Below, piece by piece: positions 39,203 to 52,172 of a DNA stretch of 64,000 nucleotides (its first letter is position 1; each line of letters begins with the position of its first letter). Under the pieces are notes generated by a model that was not told where the DNA came from, ran no database searches, and saw nothing but the letters and a program-made list of their open reading frames with translations. The DNA lies in NCBI GenBank assembly GCA_035221665.1, contig CM069158.1, positions 17,050,001 through 17,114,000 of the forward strand, given 5' to 3'. Made by a program: the position numbers and the translations under genes. The DNA comes from Okamejei kenojei (taxonomy: Eukaryota).

Positions 39203-40048
39203 GTTGGTGTGTTTTTCTTTTTTCCTTTTTTTAACCCCCATTACATATGAATAATCTTTTTATTAAAAAAAAAATCTAAAACCCCACAGCACAGTTCAGT
39301 TAATTTGCACTAGTCTGTGGGTCTCCCGTTTTTGCATCCCAAAGTTTTTCCCCACTCGATTTGGTAATGTGCTGTGCCTTGTGGCGATGAATCCTTGGCG
39401 CTTGTACACTGTTGCCTGGTGCATGATGGGAGAATGTAAAATCACGCTGCATGCCGCTGGGTCACGCTCAAATATGCTACGACAAGACAGTGTTCCTGCC
39501 GCATTTCAACGAGGCTTAAAAGGTGGACTTGGGCCTACCAGACACATTATTACGCTAACTAATCTCTACCTGATAAGACTGCTTTGTGTGTGCAATATGG
39601 GGGTGGCGGGTGGGCAGGAGAATGTTTTAACTGTGGATTGTTCCATCTTAAAGGATCTTGAGAGATAGTTTCTTGCAGTGCATCGGATGCTCAATGATGA
39701 AAGGAAAAATATAGTGGCTAATTTTAAAAGAGGCTGCCATGCCATCCAAGCTGTCCAAAGATTGGTACAATAGAGCTAATGCACCATACAGATTAAGATT
39801 ATTTTATTAATTTTCTGAATTTCCTTTGTTTGAAGCGAATGCAGATTTGATGTGAATGCGGGGAGAATGAAATATAGGATGTATGTTGATTATTGTAAAT
39901 TGGATGGTTGATAATTGACATGGACAATGGAGTGGAGGGCCTTTTCTGATCTGTATCTCTATTATTCTGTAGCTCTCTAGCTGTAAGTGTGGGCGTGTCA
40001 ATGTGTGCATTTGTATGGGAGGGGAGGGTGTTTGTGAGTGTGTGTATG

Positions 40049-40183
40049 NNNNNNNNNNNNNNNNNNNNNNNNNNNNNNNNNNNNNNNNNNNNNNNNNNNN
40101 NNNNNNNNNNNNNNNNNNNNNNNNNNNNNNNNNNNNNNNNNNNNNNNNNNNNNNNNNNNNNNNNNNNNNNNNNNNNNNNNNNN
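40049..40183. other. Assembly gap (135 N)
   Basis: N run next to a GT-rich simple repeat. Confidence 1.
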
Positions 40184-40844
40184 GGAAAAGAGAGTATTAG
40201 TCAAAATTGGACAGCTTTGTACCTTGCTGTGGGATGTTGTCTTCAGGATGTGGCCAAACCAGCAAAATCACTGACATGTGGAGAGACAGAAAGTATCATT
40301 ACAGTCCACTTAGAAATCCCTGGTGCCTAAGGAATATTATCATCTTTCACTAATCTCTCTGTCAAGCCTTTCGCTAGATAGATATCCAACTTTCCCCTTT
40401 AACAAATTAAACTCCCGTCTGCATCCTTTGTTACGCCTCAGTACTGTAATCGGTTCAAACGGCCACATCTGATCTGTCCACTTTCCCCAGGATGAGGCCA
40501 TGCGGCCTTGTGGAACATGCACTAAACACAAGGCTGGATTTGGGTAAGGTTTGGTCACGTGTACCAAATATGCAATACAGTAGGTGTGCACATTGTACTC
40601 AACAATTCACCTCAAGGGAACGTAATCTCGTGCAGAGCACAACAGGCATCTACTGCCACATTGACTGCTTAGCCTATGCAATCAAGGGTGCATTTCTGCT
40701 AGATTGTTAACATATTGTATTTCAAAAGTCAATGGTGATGAGCAAAACCATCTCTTGTCTTCCTTTTACCTCTTCTAGTTCTCTTGGGATCATCAGACAT
40801 TGAAATCCAACACTCGACACATGATTGCGCTAATAGTTAACATA

Positions 40845-41188
40845 TTGGATAGAATGGATGCGGAAAGGTTGTTTCCACTAGTGAGGGACCCAGGACCAGA
40901 GGCCATAGCCTCAGAATAAAAGGACGTACCTTTAGAAAGGAGATGAGGAGGAATTTCTTTAGTCAGAGGGTGGTGAAACTGTGGAATTCATTGCCACAGA
41001 CGGTTGTGGGGGCCTTAAATGGATATTTTAAGGCGGGGATTGACAGATTTTTGATTAGTATGGGTGTCAGGGGTTATGGGGAGAAGGCAGGAGAAGGTTG
41101 AGAGGGAAAGATAGGTCAGCCATGATTGAATGGTGGCTTAGACGTGATGGGCTGAATAGCCTAAATTATGTTCCTATAACTTATGAAC
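40845..41188 (+). mobile_element. CR1-like LINE 3' fragment
   Basis: gagatgaggaggaatttctttagtcagagggtggtgaaactgtggaattcattgccacag (EMRRNFFSQRVVKLWNSLPQ). Confidence 0.88.
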
Positions 41189-41544
41189 ATTGTGATGGAA
41201 GAACTTCTCCCCATGGTTGTTAATGCTAATTATGATATCCAGTGCCTCCCCAATGGGTAACCGCAGCAATAAACAGCAGCAGTGTAGGGCAACTCTGCTC
41301 AGTGTTAAATTAGCTGATCTCCAGGACTTTGCGTTGCAGGAAGCAATAGTTTAGAAACGTAGAAAATAGGTGCAGGAGTAGGCCGCTCAGCCTTTCGGGT
41401 CAGCACCCGCATTCAATATGATCATGGCTGATCATCCAAAATCAGTTCCCAGTTCCTGCTTATTCCCCATATCCCTTGATTCCTTGAAATCAAATCCCTT
41501 GATTTCTATTCCTGCTCACCGTTCCACACACACAGGGAGCCTGA

Positions 41545-41760
41545 AGGGCCTGTCCCACTTAGGTGTCATTTGCGCATCACGCAGGTGGCGAGCGAAGATT
41601 TTGTGAATCCCAAAATCCTTGGGCACCGCACGTCACTGCGTACGCCACCACGTCTCACCACCCGCCATGCGCGCGTAATGCACGCGCGTGTCGTGCGTCG
41701 TGACATGTAAATTATGTCGCATAAATGACTCGCAAATTACGCCCAAGTGGGACAGGCCCT
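41545..41760. mobile_element. PIF/Harbinger-like MITE (216 bp)
   Basis: 30-bp TIR AGGGCCTGTCCCACTTAGGTGTCATTTGCG with 3 mismatches; 3-bp TSD TGA at 41542-41544 and 41761-41763. Confidence 0.88.
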
Positions 41761-42829
41761 TGAGAGTGTCATGCTTGACGTTATTGGCTGCCATAATCTT
41801 CCTGGCGCTAGCTGCTGAGGCTCAAGCATAGAGCAGGTAGATTGGTTGAGTGATTAGAAGGTCTCTATGCACTGTGCACTCTATTACCACGGCATGGCAT
41901 ATCCTCCAAGAGGGCAGAGGCTGCTGAAGAAAGGAAGAATTGAAAAGCAGCAAGAAAATCCAATCTCGTGCAGTAACTGCACATCAGTGCTATGTCAACC
42001 TTATTTTATTGACAGGCTGTCCAGTTGGAACGTCAGACCACTTTAGTGCCTGTATAGTTTAATGTAAATCACTAGCACTAAAGACCTTGGCTGAATACTA
42101 TTGATGAATAATGTTTTAAATTAGCAGTTTCAAAGAAGGTAGCTTTATAAGACCCTTGAACCTGGCTCAGTGGCCAGAATGGGTGTTCTCCTGCTGGATA
42201 TTAAGCTGCCCTATCGGGCACACAGGCAGCTGTCATCCATTGGACAAGTACTGGACACTAATTACCATCCACAACCCAAGACACAAGTCTCCATCACAAT
42301 AAGATAACTTCTCCTGCACCCTGCCACCTTATTTTCCAGACATTTCCTCTGGCTATTGTGGCTTCTGCAAGGCGAATCACACCCTAATAACACAAAGTTT
42401 AAAAAAAATAGCCCATTAATCTTTTCATAAGGATCTTAAATGTATTCAATTGCCAATGGAACTAGGTTTACCTAATGGCTTCAACAATTTTCCATCCCTA
42501 CTGTTAGCTGGAATTAAACACTCATGTTTTTTTCTCAACTTTCATAGTCGAAACATATCACTCTCAATGTCAATTCTCATCAACTCTCTGACCTCTCCAG
42601 AGTCTTAACATCCCAAGGATTGCCGGATGTGTGTTTGATGTGCAGTTGTCTTGTCTGGGGAATATTCCACTATAAACGATAGCCATGAGAAGGAAACGTT
42701 GGAATCTTTTATTCGACGATGTTCCCAATTGATCAGGAGTCCAAAATATAGCTGCTGAATTATTGGTTGGACAAATGCAAGTAGTAAGCTACAGAATGTC
42801 ACAGATTTGGCACATCGTTGATAATCACC

Positions 42830-44461
42830 CCCATTTATTTATTTGCCTCTGTACTCCACAATTTGAGATTTGTAATAGAAAAAATCATATGTGGTTAAAG
42901 TGCATATTGTCAGATTTTAATAAATAGCCATTTTTATACATTTTGGTTTCACCATGTAGAAATTACAGCAGTGTTTATACATAGTCCACCCACTTCAGGG
43001 CACCATAATGTTTGGGACTCAGCAATGTCATGTAAATGAAAGTAGTCCTGTTTAGTATTTTGTTGCATATCCTTTGCATGCAATGACTGCTTGAAGTCTG
43101 CAATTCATGAACATCACCAGTTGCTGGGTGTATTCTCTGGTGATGCTCTGTCAGACTTGTATTGCAGCCATCTTTAGCTTATGCTTGTTTTGGGGACTAG
43201 TCCCCTTCACTTTTCTTTTCACCATATAAAGGGCATGCTCAATTGGGTTCAGATCAGGTGATTGACTTGGCCACTCAAGAATTGACCATTTTTTAGGTTT
43301 GAAGAACTCGTTTGTTGCTTAAGCAGTATGTTTGGGATCATTGCCTTGCTGTAGAATGAACCGCCGGCCAATGAGTTTTGAGGCATTCATTTGTACTTAA
43401 GCAGATAGGATGTGTCTATACACTTCAGAATTCATTATACTACTACCATCAGCAGTTATATCATCAATGAAGATAAGTGAGCCAGTACCTTCAGCAGCCA
43501 TACATGCCCAGGCCATAACATCCGCATCACCGTGTTTCACAGATGAGATGGTATGCTTTGGATCTTGGGCAGTTCCTTCTCTCCTCCATACTTGGCATCT
43601 CCGGCCATCTCTTTGATACGTTAATCTTCATCTCATCTGTCCACAAGTCCTTTTTCCAGATCTGCAGTTGCTCTTTAAAGTATTTCATGGCAAACTGTAA
43701 TCTGGCCATCCTATTTTTGCGGCTAACCTGTGGTTTGCATCTTGCAGTGTAGCCTCTGTATTTCTGTTCGTGAAGTCTTCTGCGGACAGTGGTCATTGAC
43801 AAATCCACACCTGACTCCCGAAGAGCGTTTCTGATCTGTCAGACAGGTGTTTGGAGATTCTTCTTTATTATAGAGAGAATTCTTCTGTCATCAGCTGTGG
43901 CGGTCTTCCTTGGCCTGCCAGTCTCTTTGCGATTAGAAAGCTCACCAGTGCTCTGTTTCTTCTTAATGATGTTCCAAACAGTTGACTTTGGTAAGCCTAA
44001 GGTTTGGCTGATGTCTCTAACAGTTTTATTCTTGTTTCTCAGTTTCACAATGGCTTCTTTGACTTTCATTGGCACAACTTTGGTCCTCATGTTGATAAAC
44101 AGCAAAAGAAGTTTCCAAAGGTGATGGGAAGACTGGAGGAAAGACTAGGTGCTGAGAGCTCTCTTATACCTGCATTAGGGAGGCATTTAAACACACCTGA
44201 GCATTTACAAACACCTGTGAAGCCATGTGTCCCAAACATCATGGTGCCCTGAAATGGGGGGACTATGTATAAACACTGCTGTAATTTCTACATGGTGAAA
44301 CCAAAAAGTATAAAAAAAGGCCTTTAATAAAATCTGACAATGTGCACTTTAACCACATGTGATTTTTTTTTTTTTTTTTATATTACAAATCTTAAATTGT
44401 GGAGTACAGAGGCAATTAAATAAATGATGGATCTTTGTCCCAAACATTATGGAGGACACTG
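42830..44461 (-). mobile_element. Tc1-family transposon with long inverted repeats (IR/DR type), decayed
   Basis: Right IR about 44229-44461 ends ...CACTG and contains two gtcccaaacat(c/t)atgg direct repeats. Left IR about 42830-43018 lacks its outer end. A transposase remnant lies between them. Confidence 0.95.
43052..44090 (-). pseudogene. Tc1 transposase pseudogene (DD34E spacing)
   Basis: MRTKVVP...GRPRKT...WTDE...QQ(G)NDPKH...SPDLNPIE...KGYATKY*. There are 34 codons between the second-D position (mutated to G) and E, with internal stops and a frameshift. Confidence 0.92.
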
Positions 44462-46479
44462 TGATATATTATCTGAGCACAACCCTTCCTCGTTATTTCT
44501 ACCTCGGACAATCCCTCCCTCACTCTTCCCCCCGACAAATGGGACTATGACAAAAGGAAAATCAAAGAAATGAGAGACAAATTAAGATGGAACTGCACAT
44601 CCCTTGTGTTTGATCTGGGTAATGGCACGTGACTGAACCATTGCATGGTGTGTGCATGAGCAGAAGAACAAGGACCTACAGTTTTAGCCCACAAGCTAAA
44701 GGAACAGAGAGCAGAGTACTGATGACAGTTTCAGAATAGGCTGCACAAGGGTCACCCATGATTACAATGAGGCTGATGATCACCTTTAAATGATATTAAA
44801 AAACAAACTTCTACCTCCACCTTAGCTTTGGAAAAATATCATCTGATTCTTTCAGATGTTACATGTTTGTGGGGATATCAGAGAGAATATTGAATGTGGA
44901 TAATGTTGGAATTAAGTGCAATCACAGCTCTCATAGTTTAATGGGGTTTCCATTTATGAAAACTGAGTGTTAAGTGTGCATGGAGTAAATAAGGGTTCTG
45001 AATGTCAGAAAATCAACGCGAAAGGATTCTATATCAGGTGATAATAATCTTGCACCAGAATGCACTTTGTGCAGTGGGAACACTGAATTGTCTAGTATGT
45101 TGAATTCTCTTTGTGTCTGCCTGTCCTTGTGCTTGCTATTCTGTACTGCTCTTCTATCTTCCAATTGATTAGATTACACCTTCAAAAATCCATGCCCAGT
45201 TCAAACCAGGTAGCTATTGCACTAGAAGGAATACCATGGCGGTCTTTGTGTCCGATTGACCTGATTAAGGCATTTCAAACAAACTAAGAAGCTAGCCAGC
45301 ACATTCCACATCTATCCCACATCTGTTGGACTCGAGTCCCTCCGATAATACTTAAACCCAGTGCCATCTAGAAACCTCTGATCTTTAATCAGAAATCTGC
45401 TTAGGTCTCCAGCATTATCACAGACTCCATCACTTGATGCCACTTCATGTGAGTACTTTATTGCAAGGATATCCCGTGCCGATTTCCAAAGAGCCTCAAT
45501 TTGTTAAATGTCTGACATATTAATGGTTCTAATGTACATTCTTTTTTGTCACACCTACAGTATAACCCAAGTCAGCAGAGTTTAATATCTATATGCATAC
45601 ATTTTAAAAAGTCTCCCCTTTTCAGCGGGTTGGTGTAATCTAATTGTAGTAATGAACTGGAAGATGCAAATTATTGTGGCTTTTCAACATTTTGGCACAG
45701 ATTACAGCTCTTGCCAAAATGGCAGATAATCTGTGCCTTCTTGTTCATTGGTGCTTCGGTGTCTGGTGCAGTGTAGCTTGCCCTGTAGAGGTTATTTGGT
45801 GATGAAGTTCCTCTCCTCCCTCTCCCCTGCCACCACTCGCCCCCTCCCTGAATGTACTCACTGTCACATTCTTTTGTGAATCAGGGCTCGTAATCATCCA
45901 ACCTAGCATTGCCACACTTTCAAAGGAATCGTCTCGAATACTCTTTATTCTCTCCCCCTCCCAATGTAAAAGCAGAATGAATTGCATTTTATTCATTTTG
46001 AAAGGTGAACACTTGCAAAACACAACTGAAACTGACGGAGGCTCCCTTCTTTCAGTGCCTTGTTTCTTCCATTTCATGAACCCTTCATTATGCCCTTCCC
46101 TGGGGCCTTGTCATAATTACTTTTGTAACTTTATTTTTAAAAGGAATTGGACATGGATGTCATAACAGCAAGTCACAAGTTGAACTACATGGCACTGCAT
46201 TTGATGTTACAACGATAATGAGGGCTAGCTGATCAAATTACTGCCGTAGTGTCACTCACAGTGGAAATCAACCTTGTGTACCTCTATAGCGCAGCCTGGC
46301 TGCTGGGCACGAGACGTACATCCATGGGGCACCCCCTTCACATCTGCCAGAAACACCTCAAAGTGTTACACTCGCATCAAATTGCTTTGATGCACTGTGA
46401 TTTTTATGCACACAGATATGCATAGAAAAATCTCACAATCAACAGAAAACTACTTTAAATGTGTCGTTGTGGCTCAAGG

Positions 46480-46642
46480 AAGAATCGCGACCAGGGTACT
46501 TTTGTTGAAATGGTACAGCGGGATGTTTAATATCAACCCATACATGCACAAGGGCCTCTTCAGAAGGGTAGAGACACTCACCATGCAGTACTCCCTCACA
46601 CCTGCATTGAAGTTGGGTTAGATTATTAATGCAAAAGCCTAA
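46480..46642 (-). mobile_element. Possible old DeuSINE/SacSINE1-like remnant
   Basis: atgcagtactccctcacacctgcattgaagttgggttagattatt resembles, from memory, the reverse complement of that SINE's head; highly diverged. Confidence 0.35.
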
Positions 46643-49600
46643 CGACCCAATAGGAATAATATCATTTGGCCAAGCATTTTTAAAGAAATGAATCAAAATG
46701 ATTGATTGTTTGCATTCTGTCCCACTGACCAGGTTGTCTGGTATTGACCTTGCACTCTCGAGCAAAGAACATTTTGATCGAACAAAAATTCCATTCTTTT
46801 GCATTGGATATGGGATATAATATTTTACCTCTGCCATCATCTTCACTGGCTGCAGTGAAAGAGCAGTCTTTATTTTGGAGCAGAGTCCCTTCACTTTGTA
46901 TTCTTCTTCAGACTGAGTCTTAGGGTGAACCTTGGAGGAGCAAGTCTTCTGGTGTCTGAGTAGACTGATTGTCACGAATGACTGAATGTAAGTCCTGTCA
47001 TGTGCAGGATAAACTACAACCCTCTGGCTATTTTTTCCAGCTCCACAGCTTGGTCTGACATGAGAATCCTTGAACATCTGCCATTGTATTCATCCCATGA
47101 TATGAGATCTGCTGTCATTTGCAAATCAATGAGGTTGCTTCATTTATTTTAAATTTCATTAAAATTGCAACCGAATGGAATCCGGCCATAAAAACAAAAT
47201 CTGGATTTACTTAGTGAATTTTAACTCGCAAAAAACAAGTGGGTTGGGTTTAGGATGAGATGTTAAAATTTAAGTACGTCCAATCTGCTCCTCAAATTTC
47301 TTCCAAATCCTGTGTTTAACAGAGGGGATGGGGGTTGGACCTCGGGTAGGCAGCTTGTTTCCAGGACATGTTGCACAGTCGCATGTTACAGTGTGTCTGG
47401 CAGTCACACATTTAACTTCCATTGCAGTTGCTGAGGTTTTGCAGGCCCTGGGCAACCTGGTAGTTCAAGAGAAGTGAGGGAGGCTTCTGGGAAAAGAGAA
47501 GTCTCTTTATTGTCTTTTGACCAGGAGGAGGGTGAGTGCATTTATCCGCCTCTTCATTTAATATCCCCTTGATAACTTCCACTTGAATCAGTGTCCTGCC
47601 CCTCAGAGACATCATCACATGCTTTCCTTTGGACTTTTCTCAAGTACATGCGAGCTACCTGGATGCAAACATTGTTAATTGGGTCTGTCTTGTAGAAAGA
47701 TAGGGTGGGGGGAGGGGGGGGGACGACGACACAGATCCTGTCAAATCAAGTAAAAGTCATACACAGTCTAGTTAAAGTTTCACAGGCCAAAGTTGTCTCT
47801 TTCTCCAGCAGAAAGCACCAAACCTGTTAATTCTGGGCCCATTGTTTCACTGAAGGGATGAAGGAAACAAATTTGGCTACAGATAGTGGGGAATAGCAGA
47901 TCCCTTTAAACCTGAACATATCACACAGGATATATCAGGATTTGGATCAGTAACACATCTCGCTGTGCATATCCACATAGTCACCGACACAGGGCCCTGC
48001 ACAGAATCATGGTTGTGTAAGTACAAACGTACACAAGGTCATGTCTACACCGACACAGAATACTTCATGTAATTATGTATGTGGACACACAGCTGTGTAC
48101 AAATGCACAATTACACATGCACATGATGGCATTAAAGCTCAAATATGTGTCCACTGACACATCGATACGCTAACCCTTAGAAACACACAGATCTTTGAGA
48201 GAATACACACCTGCGTTTCGCTACACCTAATTATCTCTACACACATTCACCCTCCACAAAACCAGAGGCAGAAAAGTAATTAAAAATAACCTCTATAGAA
48301 ATATTTGAATAATATTAACAACACTTGAGCAGCAAAATCTGCCTAGGCCCAAGGGTATTTTTTTTTAGGTTTTGTTATTTCCTGTCAGTCCACTCCAAGC
48401 CATGGGATGGGGGGGGAAGGAAATCGATTAAATTATTCTCTGTCACTGTCTTCGCCTCATTAGAATTCACTACAGTTGTGGAGATTGATTTTATTTTAAA
48501 TTGCTTCAATAAGTTTGACACATATACCACTTCTGGCTCTCCCTTTGCTCTCTGCAGGAGTACTCCTCATCAGGCAGACGCGTTTCTGCTATGTTTTGCA
48601 AGTGTATCTCTTTCAGTTCCTCCACTCGTCTTCCATCCCCGACTGCCATTTTTTTTGACGTTCTTTTCAATCGTTGGCCTCGTTAGTTGTTTCCCTCAAG
48701 CCTTGATCCACATCTCCCTCAAGTCTCAATCACAAAAAGATTGACGGTGCTTCTCTTTAATTTACTGCCAGTTCTGTGCCCCACCTACCCCCTCCTCACT
48801 CACCATGGTAACTCGGTGTTTGCATCTCACATCCGACCTCTGCGTCTCTTTGCAAACTGTATCTTGTACGTGTAAAGTTCCTGTAGCCTCTCCCATCGGT
48901 GCTTGCTGGTGGTAATAGTTCAATACTCAAAAGATGCAAGGGCCATGCGGCATTGCTGTGGCGGTCTTTTGCAGGACTGTCCGTTTGCCACACAGTCCAC
49001 CGCTAATAAGCCAACCACTTTTGACGTCCATGTTCTATCTGCAAGAGGATGTTTGGGATGGGAGAGGGTTTTGCATCACCAGATAGATTTGGAAAACTTG
49101 TCCCACTCAATGCCACCTTATGACTCATCAGTATACATGACCCTGGTTCTCACAAGACACCTTATCTTTAATTTGTATTTGTGAATTCTATTTAAAGGAA
49201 CAAGTTTAGCATTGGCCTTTAATGCGGGATCCAAGGACCAGAGCGATTTGAGAATCGGAAACTGGTCATTTTGATCATTTGAGAGCTTGAAAACCAACTC
49301 TGCCCATTCCAATACAGTTCAGTGACTGGGGAACTCTTGAGGATAAAAGTATTGGGCAACCCATGTTCAGATTTTAAAAGGGTCATTCTTTTATGGAAAT
49401 AAGCTCTTGCTCCATTAATTTACTCAAATTATGAAAAAGGGTTTGGATAAAAAGATGACCCGGACCACTGTTTCCTGTTTGCTGGATGAAATCTTTCTCC
49501 CATTAAAGTTACATTCCATTTTACTCATTTGGATTATCTTGTGGCATTTACTTTCCCCAGGTTTGGCAGTAAGGAGACAATGCCAGTCCAATATCTGCTC

Positions 49601-50537
49601 CAGAAAGCCATTTGACTGAGGCTCAGGCTTTCCTTCCAGCAACATTACCTGAGCCGCTGGGCGTTTGCATTCCTTTCATTTTTTTTCACATGGCTCCAGG
49701 CTCTATTCATCCAACGTGAGGAGCCGAAATATTTTTTTTACATAGAAAACATATGAAACTGGGATTTCTTCCTTCCCTCAGGCCATTAATCATTTGACTG
49801 CATTAAAGTGCATTATGTTAGCCTGGCCATGAATGGTAAAGTGTCCTCCTAAGGTGTGTTGAGTTTGGACAGCTATCAAAGTTCGATCCCAATGAGAGTC
49901 CATTGATAATCTGCAAAATGAATATGAAAGCCAATATTGTCATCCATCTATGGAGGGAAATTTGGACGTCATTCTCTGGGTTTTTTGGAAAAACTTCACG
50001 CATTCTCAATTAGACACTGGCAGGCCAGCTTTTGGCTTGGGGAATTCCTCCAATAACCACATGCCCCATAACTGGTGGCCCCAGGCATCCATTTCATACA
50101 GAACACCAAAATTCTGGCTTTGAAAAGTGAAAGGAGACGAAAGGGGCTCTTCTACCTCCTTCTCCATATTCCACATATTTTTGCTGTGGTCAGATTTAAC
50201 ACTGGTGTGAAGAAGGGCAAAAGAAAACAGACATTGTTTTTGAGAGACTGTTGTAGATGGAACATGGACAACCAAAATCTGCCATATTGGTGGCACTTTA
50301 TGGGTGAATATTTAGGAACTGGTGTGAAGTGGCATGCCATTTTGATTTAAGTGTGCAAAAAAAAAGAAAACCCCGAGAGCATTTTACGCGAAAGCGTGGG
50401 ACCTCTCCATGTTTATGATTCTGTGCGATCCTTAAAGTGGGCCTGTACTTGTGGATCGGGGATGTGAGTGTGGCACAGGCCTAATATTGGTGCGCGTAAT
50501 ATCTGTGCCTGAACAGTTACCCCCTCTCTCCCCTCTC

Positions 50538-50766
50538 NNNNNNNNNNNNNNNNNNNNNNNNNNNNNNNNNNNNNNNNNNNNNNNNNNNNNNNNNNNNNNN
50601 NNNNNNNNNNNNNNNNNNNNNNNNNNNNNNNNNNNNNNNNNNNNNNNNNNNNNNNNNNNNNNNNNNNNNNNNNNNNNNNNNNNNNNNNNNNNNNNNNNNN
50701 NNNNNNNNNNNNNNNNNNNNNNNNNNNNNNNNNNNNNNNNNNNNNNNNNNNNNNNNNNNNNNNNNN
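50538..50766. other. Assembly gap (229 N)
   Basis: N run next to a CT-rich simple repeat. Confidence 1.
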
Positions 50767-52032
50767 ACCCATTCCCTTGCCTGTGTTTGCACGAAAACCT
50801 CCAGTTGCCTTCCCCCACCCCACCCTCCCTTTTCCCATATGTTATCCATGCCGCAACTCTGTCTCGTCCCATGTGCATCCATGTTCGACTGTGTAAGGTC
50901 TTGAGGCTGCATCCACTTCCAAGCAAAGGAGATGCACTACATGTTGGTGTAGTCAACATTTCTTTTATACTTTTTATCTTTTAATTTTTATTTTTTATTT
51001 TTTATTTGTATTCCTTTTTCTGCCAGGACTGCTGCGATGTGACAATGTGAGCCACCACATTCTGTCACATCGGCTGGAAGTAACGCAGCATTGAAGTGGG
51101 TCCCTCCCCAATCCGTCTGGGCATGCTAGCGATCCTCCAGTTATATATTCCTATGTGCATATATATATTTATATATCTCTCTACCTTCTGCATGGTGTCT
51201 GTGAACTGATAGATGCATCTATTTGATGGATCCTTGTAATATCTTGAAAAGGCTTCGTACAGTCGATATATCCGCACCACAAAAATTTCATTAGTGTTTC
51301 TCATCTTTATTGTTCCCTGGCAATTGGACACATCCGTTACGATTGATGGTTGCATTTAGTTGGTAGTCTTCTCCTGTGGCTGACCACCAGGCCAAACCCA
51401 ATCAATGCATTTGGAGGCAGTCTTTTCATTTACCATCAACCGGTTGCACTGTGCTGGGTTGGCTTAGGCGGCCAGTTGGTCATGACTACCAGGTGCATCT
51501 GCTTGTAGGCAGCTAAAGGGGATCTCAGCTTTTTTTGGGTGGAGAGGGTGGGAACTATCACAATGGATGAGTTTTCATCAAAGGGAGAAAGAAAGTTCCA
51601 TTGGAAACACAACCAAAACTCACCAAAAGCTTTTTTTATCCTAAGCGGAACTTTAAATCCTTTTTCTCAATGGGTTGAGAATTGATGAAATCAGGCACCA
51701 CAGATCTTTGCCTCAGGTCTTTCCAAACCTGTCCTTCACTTTGGTGAACACCAAATTTAGAGAGAAAATTGCCGTAAAATGACATTTGATCAACAAATAA
51801 ACCCACAGTTTTGACAATATTGTTTTTTTCTGCAAGAGCGCACTATTAAATTACTTGATATCACTTTAAGGGTTATTATGGAATATCTCGTCCACTAGTG
51901 ATGGAGCAAGTATCTGGGTCATTGGTCTACCAGAACGTTGTTCTGGCTGTGCCATTGCCCCTCAATTGGAAGGATATTGTTATTTCTTGGCAACCACAAA
52001 GAAAATGGACTCTTCCATTTGGCTATTCAGCC

Positions 52033-52172
52033 ATTCTTGATTAATACGGGTGTCAGGGGTCATGGGGAGAAGGCAGGAGAATAGGGTTAGGAGGGAGAGA
52101 TAGATCAGCCATGATTGAATGGTGGAGTAGACTTGAAGGGCCGAATGGCATAATTCTGCTCTTGTCATTTAT
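52033..52172 (+). mobile_element. CR1-like LINE 3' tail
   Basis: ttcttgattaatacgggtgtcagggg...gggccgaatggcataattctgctc. Confidence 0.8.

Noticed and set aside
39989-40330. ORFs spanning N runs (also 50413-50984)
   Set aside because: Artefacts of assembly gaps.
46439-47077. 212-aa antisense ORF
   Set aside because: No recognisable homology or supporting gene structure.
48878-48918. Short phase-1 reading VPVASPIGACWW-stop after tgtaaag
   Set aside because: The acceptor has a poor pyrimidine tract; too weak to call on its own.
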